Source of the DNA: Coleofasciculus chthonoplastes F2-STO-03
GTDB taxonomy: Bacteria; Cyanobacteriota; Cyanobacteriia; Cyanobacteriales; Coleofasciculaceae
NCBI GenBank assembly: GCA_040222015.1
Contig: JAVJWO010000193.1
Coordinates: 1 to 64,000, forward strand
Length of the DNA: 64,000 nucleotides
Direction of reading: 5' to 3'
Position numbers and translations under genes: made by a program. The first letter of the stretch is position 1. The number at the start of each line of letters is the position of its first letter. The notes beneath the pieces were generated by a model. That model was not told the origin of the DNA, made no database searches, and was given only the letters and a program-made list of their open reading frames with translations. Positions 29,596-40,567 of the stretch are shown in pieces.

Positions 29596-31062
29596 ATGTC
29601 CGTTGATTTAACCAAAACTAACATTGAAGTCAAAGAGTATCAATTGCTACTGGAGGATTTACAAGGCAATATTTTGCAAGGGTACGAACAGGACTACGCC
29701 GTCCAGATTTTCCTAAAATTTGAGTCTGATGCTCAGGCGACTCGACAATGGATTAGGGACTTTGCCGCAGAATTTGTGACATCGGCGCAGCATCAGTTAA
29801 ATGAGCCGCAAAAATATAGCCAAGATTCTTCTCAAAACTTCCCTAAACTCTGGGCTAATTTTTTCCTATCAGCTCATGGATATCAAGCGCTGGGATTTGA
29901 GTTAAAAGGTAAGCGACTACAGTTCCCAAGTTGGACTTTTCTGGCGGGAATGAAAGCGTTCAAACCGATTTTAAGTGATCCGCCAATTGACCAATGGCAA
30001 GATGGATTTCGGGGAGATATTGATGCATTAATTTTACTAGCGGCTGATCAGTCAGAGTATTTACAGCAGCAGGCAAAAACGGTGATGAAAGCGGTTAGTC
30101 ATGTCGCCTGTATTGTCAATACGGAAGTGGGACATATTCTCAGGAATGCTCAGATTCAGCCGAATGGCAAAGGACAAACCATTGAACACTTTGGTTTCAG
30201 AGATGGTATCAGCCAGCCGTTATTTTTTAAACAGGATATTGAGCAAAGACAACAGCAGGGGAATGACCAATGGGATGCTTGTGCGCCATTAGAATTGGTT
30301 CTGGTTAAAGATCCATTTGGTCAGGGAGAAAATAGCTATGGGAGCTATTGTGTTTACCGCAAACTCAAACAAGATGTACAAGGCTTTCGCCAAAGAGAAA
30401 AACAATTGGTACAAAAACTGGGATTGACCGGAAACGATGCTGAACGTGCTGGTGCTTTGGTAATCGGGCGGTTTAGAGATGGAACGCCAATTACGCTTTC
30501 TAACTCTGGACAAGGAGATACTACTATTGTTAATAATTTTAATTATGCTGATGATACAGAAGGCACAAAATGTCCGTTTCATGCTCACATTCGTAAGACG
30601 AATCCTAGAGGTGATAGAGGAGATAGTGTAGAGTCTTTAGAAGAACAGCGCCAACATCGAATTGTGCGTCGAGCAATTCCCTATGGTGGAACGTCGCCGG
30701 AACAACAAACCTTAACCTCCGCAATCTCACGTTTACGGGAACACTTAACCTCTTTACCGCACGAAGCTCTACGGGTAGAGAACAATGAGGGGGTTGGCTT
30801 ACTGTTTTTGTGTTTTCAACGGGATATATTTAATCAGTTTATGTTTATGCAAAAATCCTGGGTCAACCAAAAAAACTTTGTCAAGTATGACACAGGTCTT
30901 GATCCAGTCGCTGGTCAGGGAAAACAGTTGGATGGAGGACAAAAGTGGTCAAAGGAGTGGGGACAAGAAGAAAAAGTATCCTTTGAATTTAATAATTTTG
31001 TCAGGATGCAAGGGGGTGAATTCTTTTTTGCTCCTAGCATCAGTTTTTTGGCAAACATCTAG
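29596..31062 (+). CDS. DyP-type (dye-decolourising) heme peroxidase
   Basis: DLQGNIL, EHFGFRDGISQP (GxxDG), CPFHAHIRKTNPR, IVRRAIPYG and GLLFLCFQ. Confidence 0.92.
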   Translation: MSVDLTKTNIEVKEYQLLLEDLQGNILQGYEQDYAVQIFLKFESDAQATRQWIRDFAAEFVTSAQHQLNEPQKYSQDSSQNFPKLWANFFLSAHGYQALGFELKGKRLQFPSWTFLAGMKAFKPILSDPPIDQWQDGFRGDIDALILLAADQSEYLQQQAKTVMKAVSHVACIVNTEVGHILRNAQIQPNGKGQTIEHFGFRDGISQPLFFKQDIEQRQQQGNDQWDACAPLELVLVKDPFGQGENSYGSYCVYRKLKQDVQGFRQREKQLVQKLGLTGNDAERAGALVIGRFRDGTPITLSNSGQGDTTIVNNFNYADDTEGTKCPFHAHIRKTNPRGDRGDSVESLEEQRQHRIVRRAIPYGGTSPEQQTLTSAISRLREHLTSLPHEALRVENNEGVGLLFLCFQRDIFNQFMFMQKSWVNQKNFVKYDTGLDPVAGQGKQLDGGQKWSKEWGQEEKVSFEFNNFVRMQGGEFFFAPSISFLANI

Positions 31063-31134
31063 AAATTATCTGTATTCTCAAAGACATTGTCGTTTTTTCT
31101 ATTTTCGCCATGAGTTGGTGAATGACTAAAATAG

Positions 31135-31385
31135 CTACAATCCATAAAAACGAACCAGGCTGGGATAGAGAAATGATATATCAACTCCCATCTGCATCAT
31201 TGCCCTAACTTGAGATTCTGAGTCAAAACCATTGGGTATGGCAGATGTGGGGTGATTGCGTCCAATATTTCTTACGGCATAATTGTGAATATCATTAGAC
31301 ATTTTGCTGTAAATTTTTTCACCCTGAATCGTTATATTGGGTGACGTTAGGGCAAACCGCTTTAACCCTGGTTCTAGGTACTGTC
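31135..31385 (-). pseudogene. Amidohydrolase N-terminal fragment (paralog of 25603-26694)
   Basis: QYLEP...TIQGEKIYSKMS...DSESQVRAMMQMGVDISFLYPS aligns with EYLEP...TVQGQTIVNKLS...DPESQVKAIQRMGVDMAFLYPT. Confidence 0.8.
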
Positions 31386-31590
31386 CACCGCGCGATCGCA
31401 CCGCCGACTTATCGCCGCAAATACGGGAATAGTCAAATCACTGGTAATATCCAGCACCCAGAGTTCCCGATGCAGGCTTTGGTAATACTCGTTTAACTGA
31501 TGAAAATAGGGGTCATCAAAACTCTCTAAATCAACCTTGGGGCGTTGAATCCGGTTATACCACCATAACGCCACTCCTGACGAGTTTCAT
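31374..31590 (-). pseudogene. YcaO internal fragment (paralog of 26714-28957)
   Basis: VALWWYNRIQRPKVDLESFDDPYF...YQSLHRELWVLDITSDLTIPVFAAIS aligns with VALWWYNRLKKPGVDLSSFEQPYF...YQSLHRHLWVLDVSSDLPIPAFVAVS. Confidence 0.85.
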
Positions 31591-31926
31591 ATTGACTGGC
31601 GCTAAAATTCATACAGGTATTCGGATGAATCGCGCGATCGCACAGTGGTGCAAGCAGGAGGAACATACCTCACAACATAAGGCTTGGCGTCAAATCCTCT
31701 CTGGCTTATTGAGTGCGACAGTAGAGAAGCTGTTGATGACGAACCTTAACACCCTAGAACCTTCAGCCTCTCCAGTCACCAAAGCCATGGTGCAAAATGC
31801 GATTGAGCCAGGAAAATCCTTTGATTGAACGACCGCCAAAACAAGACAGGGGTGCGATCGCTTTATTCGCCCCTGGCTTGGCTGCATATCTTCTTGTCGC
31901 CAATGCGATCGCGTCTGACTCAGACT

Positions 31927-34900
31927 TTAACCGTTTAACCATTGACAGCGCTGAATATAGAAACAAGCCGCTTGATCCTGTGGGTTGATTTGGCTGATTT
32001 CTGTAAAAAATTGAAACGCTAATGATAATTTTCCCTGGTGATATAGTATAATTGCCTCTTCAAATTTTTGCTTCGTTTGCTGCTTTAACCGTCGGCTATC
32101 AACCGGATCAGTCTCAAACACCTCAAAGATAGGCACTAAATCCTTTTTACCTTTGACCTGAACTTGACCCATAAACCGATACTCATACTGGTTGGAATCA
32201 TCCAAGTCAAATAATGTATGTCCACTCACCAGAATCGCCGCCCCATAGACTTTAGTTAAATCTTCCAGCCGGGATGCTAGGTTCACCGTATCAGAAATCA
32301 CTGTACTTTCCATCCGTTGTTTTTCCCCAATCGTTCCTAGCATCAAACTCCCCGTATGCACGCCAATACCAATGGTTACTGGCGGATATCCAGCGTTTTG
32401 GCGATCGCGATTATATCGGGCTACCTCCTGTTGCATCTCAATCGCGGCTTGCAAGGCGTCATCAGGGGTATGGGGAAACAATGCCATCACTGCATCGCCA
32501 ATATATTTATCAATAAAACCCTGATGCTGGCGAATCACCGGACCGACTCGTTTTAAATACGCATTAATAAAGTTAAAATTTTCCTTGGGAGACATTTGTT
32601 CCGACAAGGTGGTAAAGTTACGAATATCCGCAAACAACACCGACATCTCCTGCTGCACCTGATCCCCTAGCTGGACATCAACAATACTTTCACGTCCCAG
32701 AAAGCGGAGGAATTCATGGGGAACAAAGCGACTATAGGCAGTATTGATTTTTGATAACCGCAGATGGGTTTTAATCCGTGCTAGCAATTCATTTTTCAGC
32801 ACCGGTTTGGTGACATAATCATTAGCCCCCACTTCTAACCCAGCCACCAAATCAGACACCTGATTTTTCGCCGTTAACATCACAATCGGCATTTCTGACG
32901 CCGAAAACTGCTGGCGAATTGCGCGGCAAACCTGATAACCTGACATTTTGGGCATCATCAGATCCAGGATAATTAAATCGGGTCTTAATCCCTTTTGAAT
33001 CTGATCTAAGGTTTCCATCCCATTCGTGGCGCGAATAATCCGATAGTTTTGGACAGAAAGGTGATTAGCAACGACTTGCAGATTAATCGGTTCATCATCA
33101 ACGACTAAAATGGTTAATTTTTGATTAGACGCGATCGTTGTCTCTTCCGGTAATGATGTCGGAAGTTGGATCGGGTTTGGTCGCACTTTGCTAATCAATT
33201 GGCTGATATTTAATGTCGGTTCTGGGGAGTTAGCACTAATGGGTAAGGTAAAGATAAATCGAGATCCCTGTCCCAATTCAGACTCAACCCGAATTGTACC
33301 ACCATGGAGTTCAACTAATTGTTTAGTAATACTCAAACCCAAACCCGTACCACTGTAAGATCGGGAGAGGGAGGTATCAACCTGTTCAAAGGATTTGAAA
33401 ATAGCCTCAAATTTATTTTCTTGAATCCCGATTCCTGTGTCCGCCACGGTGACTTCAATCTGGTTATTTCTTACCTGTGCGGATACGGTAACGAACCCGG
33501 ATTCAGTAAATTTAATTGCATTCCCCACTAAGTTATACATAATTTGTTGCAAGCGATTCTCATCCCCATCAACAGCAGATAAATTAGCTGGAATCTGGTT
33601 TTGCAGATGCAAGGATTTACCCATAACTAAGGGTTGACAAAGGGTAAGAACGACCTCAACAATTTGCTGAAAATCGACGGATGTACGTTGCAGTTGGATA
33701 TCTTGGTTTTTCAGTTTAGAGAAATCCAGGAGATCATTAACCAGATTGGAGAGGCGCTTTCCACTAGAGACAATCATCGCCAAGTTCGCAATTTGCATCT
33801 CAGACAGCGCCCCGGCTGCACCATCGATCAAGGATTCAGCAATACCAATAATCCCGTTCAGAGGCGTGCGGAGTTCGTGGGAGGTATTGGCGAGAAATTC
33901 GTCCTTGAGTTGGTCGAGGCGTTGCAGGGCGGCGTTTTTGGCTTCTAGTTCCTGAGTAAACTGGAGGCGATCGCGTTCAGCTTGTTTGCGTTGGGTGATA
34001 TCTTGAAACGCCGCGATCGCATAAATAATATTCCCCTGATCATCATAAATGGGTGTCCCCCAAGCTTCTAAGGGAACAATCCGATCCGGTTGATGAACTT
34101 CTACATCATCAATGATTGTTTTTTCTCCCCGCAATGCCCGAACTAAGGGTAAGTTTTCTGTGGGATATAACTTATCCGTCCCCGCGATATAAACCTGATA
34201 GGCTTGGGAGAGATTCTCAATTAATCCTTCTTTAGGAGCATCTAAACCATGTAATTCTAACCCCGTTTGATTCATATTAATCCATTTTCCCATGGCGTCA
34301 ATCACGCCAATTCCGACGGGAATCGCTTCTAGAATTTGGTTAAGTCTTCTCTCATTTTCCCGCAGCAGTACCGTTTCTTGTTCCTGCGCCCTAATTCTCC
34401 ACTGCACATAGCCGAAAACTGTACTGACTAAAGCCAAAACATACAAGGTGTAAGCCCATCCGGTTTTCCAGGGAGGCGGCGAAATAATCAGCTTAATCGA
34501 TGTCCCTTGTTCATTCCAAACCCCGTCATTATTTGACCCTTTTATTCTAAAGATGTACGTCCCACCATCGAGGTTAGTATAGGTGGCATAGCGTCTTGTT
34601 CCAGCCTGAATCCAGTCATGATCAAAGCCTTCTAATTTGTAGGCGTACTTATTTTTAGCTGGATTGCTATAGTCAAGGGCAGCAAATTCAAAGCCAAAGA
34701 AGTTCTCTTTGTAGGATAAGTGTAGTTTTTGAGTTTCTGAAATAGCGGTATCTAGTTTGACACTCTGGTTAAATTTCTGGAAATCTGTGATCACAATGGG
34801 CGGAATATGGGGATTATCCTTCACTTGCTCTGGATCAAAAAACGTGAATCCGTTGTCGCTGCCAAAAAACAGTTCATTGTTTGAGCTTTTGTAATAGGCT

Positions 34901-36927
34901 AACGTGTTACATTGATTACTCGCCAACCCATCATCAACATCGTAGTTTCTAATGGTTTCCGTTTGGGGATTAATTTTTGATAATCCCTTGACACTACTTA
35001 CCCAGAGATTTCCAAAGTCATCAGTTATAATAGCACAGAGAAAATCACTCTTCAGACCGTCTTTCTCGGTGTAGTGGGTAAAATTTTTATGTTCAGGATC
35101 AAATTTATTCAGTCCGGCTTCCGTGGCAATCCAAAGGGTTCCGGATTGGTCTTCCGATATTCCGACTACTCGATTACTACTCAAGCTATTTGGTTGATTC
35201 GGGTCATGTTGGTAATGGATAAATGTACCAGTGGCGCGATCAAATTGGTTGAGTCCTCCCCCATAGGTAGCAATCCAGAATCGATTCAAAGTGTCTTCAT
35301 AAATGGCTAAAATCTGATTTACGCTCAAGCTATTGGATTCATTCGGTTGATGAACCCAATGGGTAAATTTACCCGTCGTGGGATCGAATTGGTTGAGTCC
35401 ACCCCCAAATGTGCCAATCCATAAAGTTCCAGAACGGTCTTCATAAATGACTAGCACAGTATTATCACTGAGGCTATTTGAGTCATTTGGATCGTGGATA
35501 TAATGGACAAATTTTTCTGTGCGAGGGTCAAATCGATTTAATCCCTCATCTCCGCCGATCCAGAATTGACCCGAACTGTCTTGATAAATTGACCAGATAC
35601 TTTCACCCCTCAAGCTGTTGTAATCATTTGGGTTGTTGGTGTAATGGGTCAATTTCCCCGTGGTGCGATTCAGTTTATAAAGACCGCCATTATTCATACC
35701 TACCCAGACGAGACCCAAGTGGTCTTCATAAACTGCCCAAACCCCATCACCCTGTAAGCCATTGGGATTATCCGGTTCAATTTTGTAAGATTTAAATTTT
35801 TGTTTGGCTGGGTCAAATCGATTCACCCCATTTAACCAAGTACCAATCCAGATAGCACCTGTTGGATCAGCATAGATGGATAAAACATTATCACCACTTA
35901 AACTATTAGGTTGGGTGGGATTGTTGGAGTAATGCGTCCATTGTTCTCGCCGGGAATCAAGCAGGTCAACACCTTTACCCGTATAACTAGCATTCCATGT
36001 TCCTGAGCCAATCCAGAGCTGACCCCAACTGTCTTCAGTAATCGCACTTACGTTATCACAACTTAAACTGTTGGGATTATTGGGGTCATGAAGATAGTGA
36101 GTAAATTCTTGAGTGTCTGGGTGAAACTGATTCAGTCCACCCCCATTCGTACCAATCCATAAGACACCAGAAGCATCTTCATAAATTGCACTGATTCGAT
36201 TATCACTCAAGCTATTTGGATTATTCGGTTCATGGAGATAGTGAGTAAATTCTTGAGTGTCTGGGTGAAACTGATTAAGTCCACCTCCATTCGTGCCAAT
36301 CCATAAAACCCCCGCACTATCTTCATAAATGGTACTGATTCGATTATCACTCAAGCTATTCGGATTATTCGGTTCATGGAGATAGTGAGTAAATTCTTGA
36401 GTGTCTGGATTAAACTGATTAAGTCCACCCCCATCGGTGCCAATCCACAAGACACCAGAAGCATCTTCATAAATGGTACTGATTCGATTATCACTTAAGC
36501 TATTAAGATCATTGGGTTCATGAATATAATGAGTAAATTGCTCAGTTAAACGATCAAATCGGTTCAGTCCACCAGTTTGAGTCCCTATCCAGAGAAACCC
36601 TGATGAATCTTCGTAGAGAGATGAGACCCAATTATCCGACAGTGAATTCGGCTGTTCCGGCTCGTGTTTGTAAATTGTAAAATTGTATCCATCGTACTTA
36701 TTCACACCTTCTTGGGTACAAAACCAAATAAATCCTTTCCTGTCTTGTAAAACACAGTTTATCCCCACTAACCCATTGTCAGGCGGCAGGTGATCAAACG
36801 TCAGGTTCACAGCTTGAGCATACCCATGACTTGGGCAAATTAGTATAATTAACAAACTCAGCAGGAGAATTTGAAGCCCTCGGAGAATTTTGCTGCGGAT
36901 TTGGGAACCTAGGCTTCGGATGTCCAT
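31927..36927 (-). CDS. Membrane sensor: beta-propeller (two-component regulator propeller) + YYY + TM + PAS-HisKA-HATPase-REC-adenylate cyclase
   Basis: Signal peptide, repeats of [30 protein letters not shown]...[28 protein letters not shown] and cyclase motifs. Confidence 0.93.
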   Translation of the reverse strand: MDIRSLGSQIRSKILRGLQILLLSLLIILICPSHGYAQAVNLTFDHLPPDNGLVGINCVLQDRKGFIWFCTQEGVNKYDGYNFTIYKHEPEQPNSLSDNWVSSLYEDSSGFLWIGTQTGGLNRFDRLTEQFTHYIHEPNDLNSLSDNRISTIYEDASGVLWIGTDGGGLNQFNPDTQEFTHYLHEPNNPNSLSDNRISTIYEDSAGVLWIGTNGGGLNQFHPDTQEFTHYLHEPNNPNSLSDNRISAIYEDASGVLWIGTNGGGLNQFHPDTQEFTHYLHDPNNPNSLSCDNVSAITEDSWGQLWIGSGTWNASYTGKGVDLLDSRREQWTHYSNNPTQPNSLSGDNVLSIYADPTGAIWIGTWLNGVNRFDPAKQKFKSYKIEPDNPNGLQGDGVWAVYEDHLGLVWVGMNNGGLYKLNRTTGKLTHYTNNPNDYNSLRGESIWSIYQDSSGQFWIGGDEGLNRFDPRTEKFVHYIHDPNDSNSLSDNTVLVIYEDRSGTLWIGTFGGGLNQFDPTTGKFTHWVHQPNESNSLSVNQILAIYEDTLNRFWIATYGGGLNQFDRATGTFIHYQHDPNQPNSLSSNRVVGISEDQSGTLWIATEAGLNKFDPEHKNFTHYTEKDGLKSDFLCAIITDDFGNLWVSSVKGLSKINPQTETIRNYDVDDGLASNQCNTLAYYKSSNNELFFGSDNGFTFFDPEQVKDNPHIPPIVITDFQKFNQSVKLDTAISETQKLHLSYKENFFGFEFAALDYSNPAKNKYAYKLEGFDHDWIQAGTRRYATYTNLDGGTYIFRIKGSNNDGVWNEQGTSIKLIISPPPWKTGWAYTLYVLALVSTVFGYVQWRIRAQEQETVLLRENERRLNQILEAIPVGIGVIDAMGKWINMNQTGLELHGLDAPKEGLIENLSQAYQVYIAGTDKLYPTENLPLVRALRGEKTIIDDVEVHQPDRIVPLEAWGTPIYDDQGNIIYAIAAFQDITQRKQAERDRLQFTQELEAKNAALQRLDQLKDEFLANTSHELRTPLNGIIGIAESLIDGAAGALSEMQIANLAMIVSSGKRLSNLVNDLLDFSKLKNQDIQLQRTSVDFQQIVEVVLTLCQPLVMGKSLHLQNQIPANLSAVDGDENRLQQIMYNLVGNAIKFTESGFVTVSAQVRNNQIEVTVADTGIGIQENKFEAIFKSFEQVDTSLSRSYSGTGLGLSITKQLVELHGGTIRVESELGQGSRFIFTLPISANSPEPTLNISQLISKVRPNPIQLPTSLPEETTIASNQKLTILVVDDEPINLQVVANHLSVQNYRIIRATNGMETLDQIQKGLRPDLIILDLMMPKMSGYQVCRAIRQQFSASEMPIVMLTAKNQVSDLVAGLEVGANDYVTKPVLKNELLARIKTHLRLSKINTAYSRFVPHEFLRFLGRESIVDVQLGDQVQQEMSVLFADIRNFTTLSEQMSPKENFNFINAYLKRVGPVIRQHQGFIDKYIGDAVMALFPHTPDDALQAAIEMQQEVARYNRDRQNAGYPPVTIGIGVHTGSLMLGTIGEKQRMESTVISDTVNLASRLEDLTKVYGAAILVSGHTLFDLDDSNQYEYRFMGQVQVKGKKDLVPIFEVFETDPVDSRRLKQQTKQKFEEAIILYHQGKLSLAFQFFTEISQINPQDQAACFYIQRCQWLNG

Positions 36928-37074
36928 GGGATACTTTACGCATTCTTGGTTGAGATACCTAGCTAACGTTTAGCTTAACTCCAACTTAATGTCAGCAGGG
37001 GTCGCTCGTTATACCGGAGGTTAACGGGTGGGGAATGCTGACCCGTATAAAAGGGCGAAGCATCCGCTTTATTT

Positions 37075-38358
37075 TCAGGTTTGATATTCATAGCCATCAG
37101 CTTTGTGGATATTTGCTAAATATTTGGGATGGACATCAAAACGCTTATTTGGCAGCAGTAGCATGAAACTTGGTCTAAATCTGATAGCGATTCGTCCTGT
37201 ATGTTTACCTGTATATTTACCTTTTGGGATATCGGCTTTAACCATATTGCCCGTCGTAAATCCCATAAAAAATTTAGATTTTGGGGCATGACGTGCAGGA
37301 AAACCATATTTGTCAGGACGGCATCGTTGTCTAGTTCCGTGTCCTTTTGCTACAACTTTTAGAGGCTTAATTCCTCTAATTAATAACTGCTCAGGGGTGG
37401 ATGCTCCCACACAAGAAGCATCAGTCCAGTGTTGCTTTTCAATCCCTCTGGTTTTACGGTTAAACTTGGTGCGACCTCCTGAACCTACTTCTACGGGTAA
37501 GCCAGTTGATTGCAGTCTTCTGAATAACTCCCAGCGAGTAGCATTAACTGCAGCCGCATCTTTAAGAGGTGCTAAGAGGTGAGCTAGGACTCCCTTGAGG
37601 ATGTCAGGCTTCTTTTTCAGGAATTCTTCAACGGGTCTGTTCCCTTTAGCTTGGTTGCAAGAATGACAACTAAGACTCATATTACTGACTCGGTTTGAGC
37701 CACCCTTACTTTTTGCCAGAATGTGTTCAATCTCGAACGGAACATTTTTAGCGCCACAGTAAGCACATTTTCTGTCCCATTTGTGAAGTAAATACTCTTT
37801 AACTTCAAAACCCAATAACTCACCCCTTTGGTACTCAACCCCGCTAATTTCAGGATTTTGCATTTGCTGAAGGTCAAACCTTACCAGTTCTTGAGAGATG
37901 GCTGAAATCGGACAGAGTTCTCTAATCCGTCGTACCCAAGTTTCAATGTTGGCAATCCGACTCTCCAGCGATGGTGGTAGCCATCCGGTTTTACGGGTTC
38001 TGTTTAAGAAACGAGGCTGGCGGTAACGGGTTTTACGGTTACGGCGTCCCCTTCTTAATGACCTGCGAGCTAAGAGGGAATTTTTAATTTGTTGCCCTCG
38101 GTGTGAGATTTCCATGGCGTTTGTTACTCGCCCCGTTTCTTCTTGAACGATGGCAAATCCAGTTACTTTACTGCCAGGATCAATTTTGATCCGATGTGGG
38201 TGCGTGACTGATTCTTCAACGGTTCTGTCTTGCAGGACAATAGTAAATGGATAGCGCTTGAATACTTTAGCCCTCCCTTTGTTCAGTAATTCTCTTGCTC
38301 TCGCTGGATGCGTTGGGTCAAGAGGTTGTAGGTCTTTGTCTAGAACGAAAACTCGCAT
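37075..38358 (-). CDS. iscB: RNA-guided endonuclease IscB (likely start ATG 38358, not 38427)
   Basis: VFVLD...PLDPTHPARAR PLMP-type domain, IDPGS RuvC-I, RRSLRRGRR bridge helix, ELVRFD RuvC-II, CAYC...EHI...GGSN...N...CHSCN HNH and HWTDA RuvC-III. Confidence 0.95.
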   Translation of the reverse strand: MRVFVLDKDLQPLDPTHPARARELLNKGRAKVFKRYPFTIVLQDRTVEESVTHPHRIKIDPGSKVTGFAIVQEETGRVTNAMEISHRGQQIKNSLLARRSLRRGRRNRKTRYRQPRFLNRTRKTGWLPPSLESRIANIETWVRRIRELCPISAISQELVRFDLQQMQNPEISGVEYQRGELLGFEVKEYLLHKWDRKCAYCGAKNVPFEIEHILAKSKGGSNRVSNMSLSCHSCNQAKGNRPVEEFLKKKPDILKGVLAHLLAPLKDAAAVNATRWELFRRLQSTGLPVEVGSGGRTKFNRKTRGIEKQHWTDASCVGASTPEQLLIRGIKPLKVVAKGHGTRQRCRPDKYGFPARHAPKSKFFMGFTTGNMVKADIPKGKYTGKHTGRIAIRFRPSFMLLLPNKRFDVHPKYLANIHKADGYEYQT

Positions 38359-38361
38359 TAC

Positions 38362-38631
38362 TTTGAGACTCTCATTACTGGTTAAGTTTGCCTCGCCTTT
38401 GATATCTTGGCTTTTTACACTCAGCACACTGCTCGGAATACCCGTCCTTGCTGGTTAATGCTGAACAACAGAGCTACAAACTGGCTTAAGTTGGCTAGAC
38501 ACGTATTCGTAGGTGTTATGACCGAGATATCGATTACCCTCGAAAAGCCTTTTATCGAGGGAGGCTGGTCAACGTAGGGCTTTTTCAAGCCCCCGTTATA
38601 CCGCCTAAGCGGTTAACGGCGGGTCGTTGAC
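38362..38631 (-). ncRNA. omega-RNA (HEARO-like) scaffold of IscB
   Basis: About 270 nt upstream of iscB. Begins GTCAAC...GTTGACCAG (paired), contains internal hairpins such as CCCTCGATAAAAGGCTTTTCGAGGG, and ends near GGCGAGGCAAAC. Confidence 0.8.
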
Positions 38632-38982
38632 GCTCTACTATAATTTTCTCAGTTATAGCAACTTGTTCAAGTGAAACCTCAGAACGCAGAAACTCAACCC
38701 GTCTGCAAGGTTGAGTGGTTGATTATAGCTTATATATAGCGTTTTCATTTGAATTGTGAACCCCACCCCTGCCCTCCCCTTGCTAAGGGGAGGGCAGGGG
38801 TGGGGTAATATTTTCATGAATCATCTGTAAACACTATATAGAACAGGTTACAGAACTTTATACTACGGTGTATTACAGTAGCCAGGAAAAAACCCTAATT
38901 CTTGTTGGTGCGTATTACATCGAGTCTGAAACCGCTGTCATCATCACTATTGCTGAACAGTTAGTAACCCAGCCAAAATAGT

Positions 38983-39010
38983 GTAGAGACGTGCCATGGC
39001 ACGTCTCTAC
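38983..39010. repeat. REP palindrome GTAGAGACGTGCCATGGCACGTCTCTAC (family copies also at ~17971 and ~62548)
   Basis: Perfect palindrome with GTAG feet. Confidence 0.8.
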
Positions 39011-39073
39011 ATTGCTATAGAGTCTCAGGAAGTAGTATTGGGTTAACTGGTGGGTAAGTAGAGCTGAACAGGT

Positions 39074-39292
39074 CTACACACAGGGAACTTCAGTATCATC
39101 GCCAAACTGTCGGGCGCGTTCATCAACTAGCAAGCGAGTAAAATTATCTTCCCCCCCTTGTTTGATCAACTCTTTCTGCTCATCTGTCAAATCATACTCA
39201 TTGAGTACAGAATCAGGATCACTACCGAACGTTTGCAGTTTGTTGGGATCTTGCGCTAAATCGGCTAACAGATTAAATAAAGCAGATGCCAT
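39074..39292 (-). CDS. Small LigA-like / SonA-like helical-bundle protein; putative RiPP precursor 1
   Basis: LFNLLADLAQDPNKLQTFGSDPDSVLNEYDLTDEQKELIKQG pattern, AGGAG RBS, and clear paralogy to 40713-40937. Confidence 0.75.
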   Translation of the reverse strand: MASALFNLLADLAQDPNKLQTFGSDPDSVLNEYDLTDEQKELIKQGGEDNFTRLLVDERARQFGDDTEVPCV

Positions 39293-39412
39293 AATCCTTA
39301 TCTCCTGTGTCAGGTTTTGCTGTTCAAAGAACTATTTTACTTGCCAATGAGTCAGCGAGTAACTCGAGCAATATACCATATCGGGTTTATGGTCTGATGT
39401 ATCCCGGTTGAC

Positions 39413-40552
39413 CTAGGATTGACGTATTTCATTCCCCAAATACACAGACATGATTTCTCGACTCATCTTACCGTAGTCACCGTCGTACCGGGACACATCA
39501 TAGCAACCCAAGGGATTCTCGACTAAGTTAATCCGGCATTTCTCACAATAGCTGCAAGGCTGATCTGGGCTATCTTTTCCTTGGGCAAATTGTTGCACCA
39601 AGTCAGGGTTAGCAATGAGGGCGCGGGCTAACGTGACGCCATCGCAATATCCACCATGAATCACTTGACGAATATAGGTCGCCGTTTGAAACCCTCCTGT
39701 ACACAACACAGGGATATGAACCGACTGTTTAATAGAATGGCTTCTATCAATATGGTCTCCCTTAATATCCAAAGGGAAATGGTTGTTCGCCGCTTGGGGA
39801 TAGGGGACTTTGCTCCCCAGATGTAGCGCATCCGCTCCAGCTTGTTCAATCCACTGACACAGTTGTACAGAATTCTCGCGAGTATCCAACGCCCCAACTT
39901 TGACCTGGACATGAAAATCCTGTCCCACCTGTTGACGGATCATTTTCAGGGTATCCAGTAAAAAGCGCGATCGCTCTTTTAATGAACCCCCATACTCATC
40001 CTCTCGCTGATTGACCGTAGGACTAAGAAACTGACCGATCAGATTCACCGGAACTCTAGTTCCCCCTGATTCCAAATCCCCTAAAAGTCGTCCCGTTCCT
40101 CCACTCGTTCCATCCACTTCCACGCCGTCTAATCCCGCTTCCCGCGCCCGTCTAGTTGCATCAGCAAACCATTGCATCGTTTCTTGAATTTGCTCAAGGG
40201 TCATCCTTTGACTCAGATTACCTAAGTGAGAACCACCGTAGCTAATTTGTAGGATATACTTACAGTCCCATTTGTGGACCGCCTCAGCCACCTGTCGCCA
40301 AAATGGAATCGTGCGATCGCTCTCAATCGTGGCACAGTGAGGAGCCATGCGTCCTTGGTTATGGATGGGTGCAACTCCGGAAAGGATCGCTCCCACACCC
40401 CCCTGAGCAAACCGTTCTTCCCATCGGAGACGTGCAGGAGTCCCTAATCCATCAGGATCATCAAAATTTCCGTAAGTATTAGCGCGAAAGATACGGTTTT
40501 TTACCGTAAGATTCCGAAATTTCAACGGTTCAAAGATAATATCATTGACCAT
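39413..40552 (-). CDS. NADH:flavin oxidoreductase (old yellow enzyme family), atypical active site
   Basis: IFEPL...LTVKNRIFRA, AGLDGVEV, QFLSP..NQREDEYGGSL..R.RF, ARALIANPDL and C-terminal CSYCEKC. Confidence 0.88.
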   Translation of the reverse strand: MVNDIIFEPLKFRNLTVKNRIFRANTYGNFDDPDGLGTPARLRWEERFAQGGVGAILSGVAPIHNQGRMAPHCATIESDRTIPFWRQVAEAVHKWDCKYILQISYGGSHLGNLSQRMTLEQIQETMQWFADATRRAREAGLDGVEVDGTSGGTGRLLGDLESGGTRVPVNLIGQFLSPTVNQREDEYGGSLKERSRFLLDTLKMIRQQVGQDFHVQVKVGALDTRENSVQLCQWIEQAGADALHLGSKVPYPQAANNHFPLDIKGDHIDRSHSIKQSVHIPVLCTGGFQTATYIRQVIHGGYCDGVTLARALIANPDLVQQFAQGKDSPDQPCSYCEKCRINLVENPLGCYDVSRYDGDYGKMSREIMSVYLGNEIRQS

Positions 40553-40567
40553 GAGCAGATGCGTGAT

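Larger units (their letters stand above)
36990..38631 (-). mobile_element. Non-autonomous IS200/IS605-family element carrying omega-RNA + iscB (no tnpA); downstream boundary approximate
   Basis: Related subterminal hairpins at both ends: CGTTATACCG..GGTTAACGG at ~37007-37028 and ~38594-38619. The element starts GTCAAC at 38631 on the minus strand. Confidence 0.8.

Noticed and set aside
31592..31925. Short ORFs, possibly a transposase or other gene fragment
   Set aside because: No recognisable motif; cannot be assigned without a search.
37075..38358. Cas9 or TnpB call
   Set aside because: The small size, PLMP-type N-terminus, split RuvC plus HNH and absence of an array fit IscB.
38359..38427. 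N-terminal extension of IscB in the ORF track
   Set aside because: It lies within the omega-RNA scaffold; IscB homology starts at MRVFVLD.
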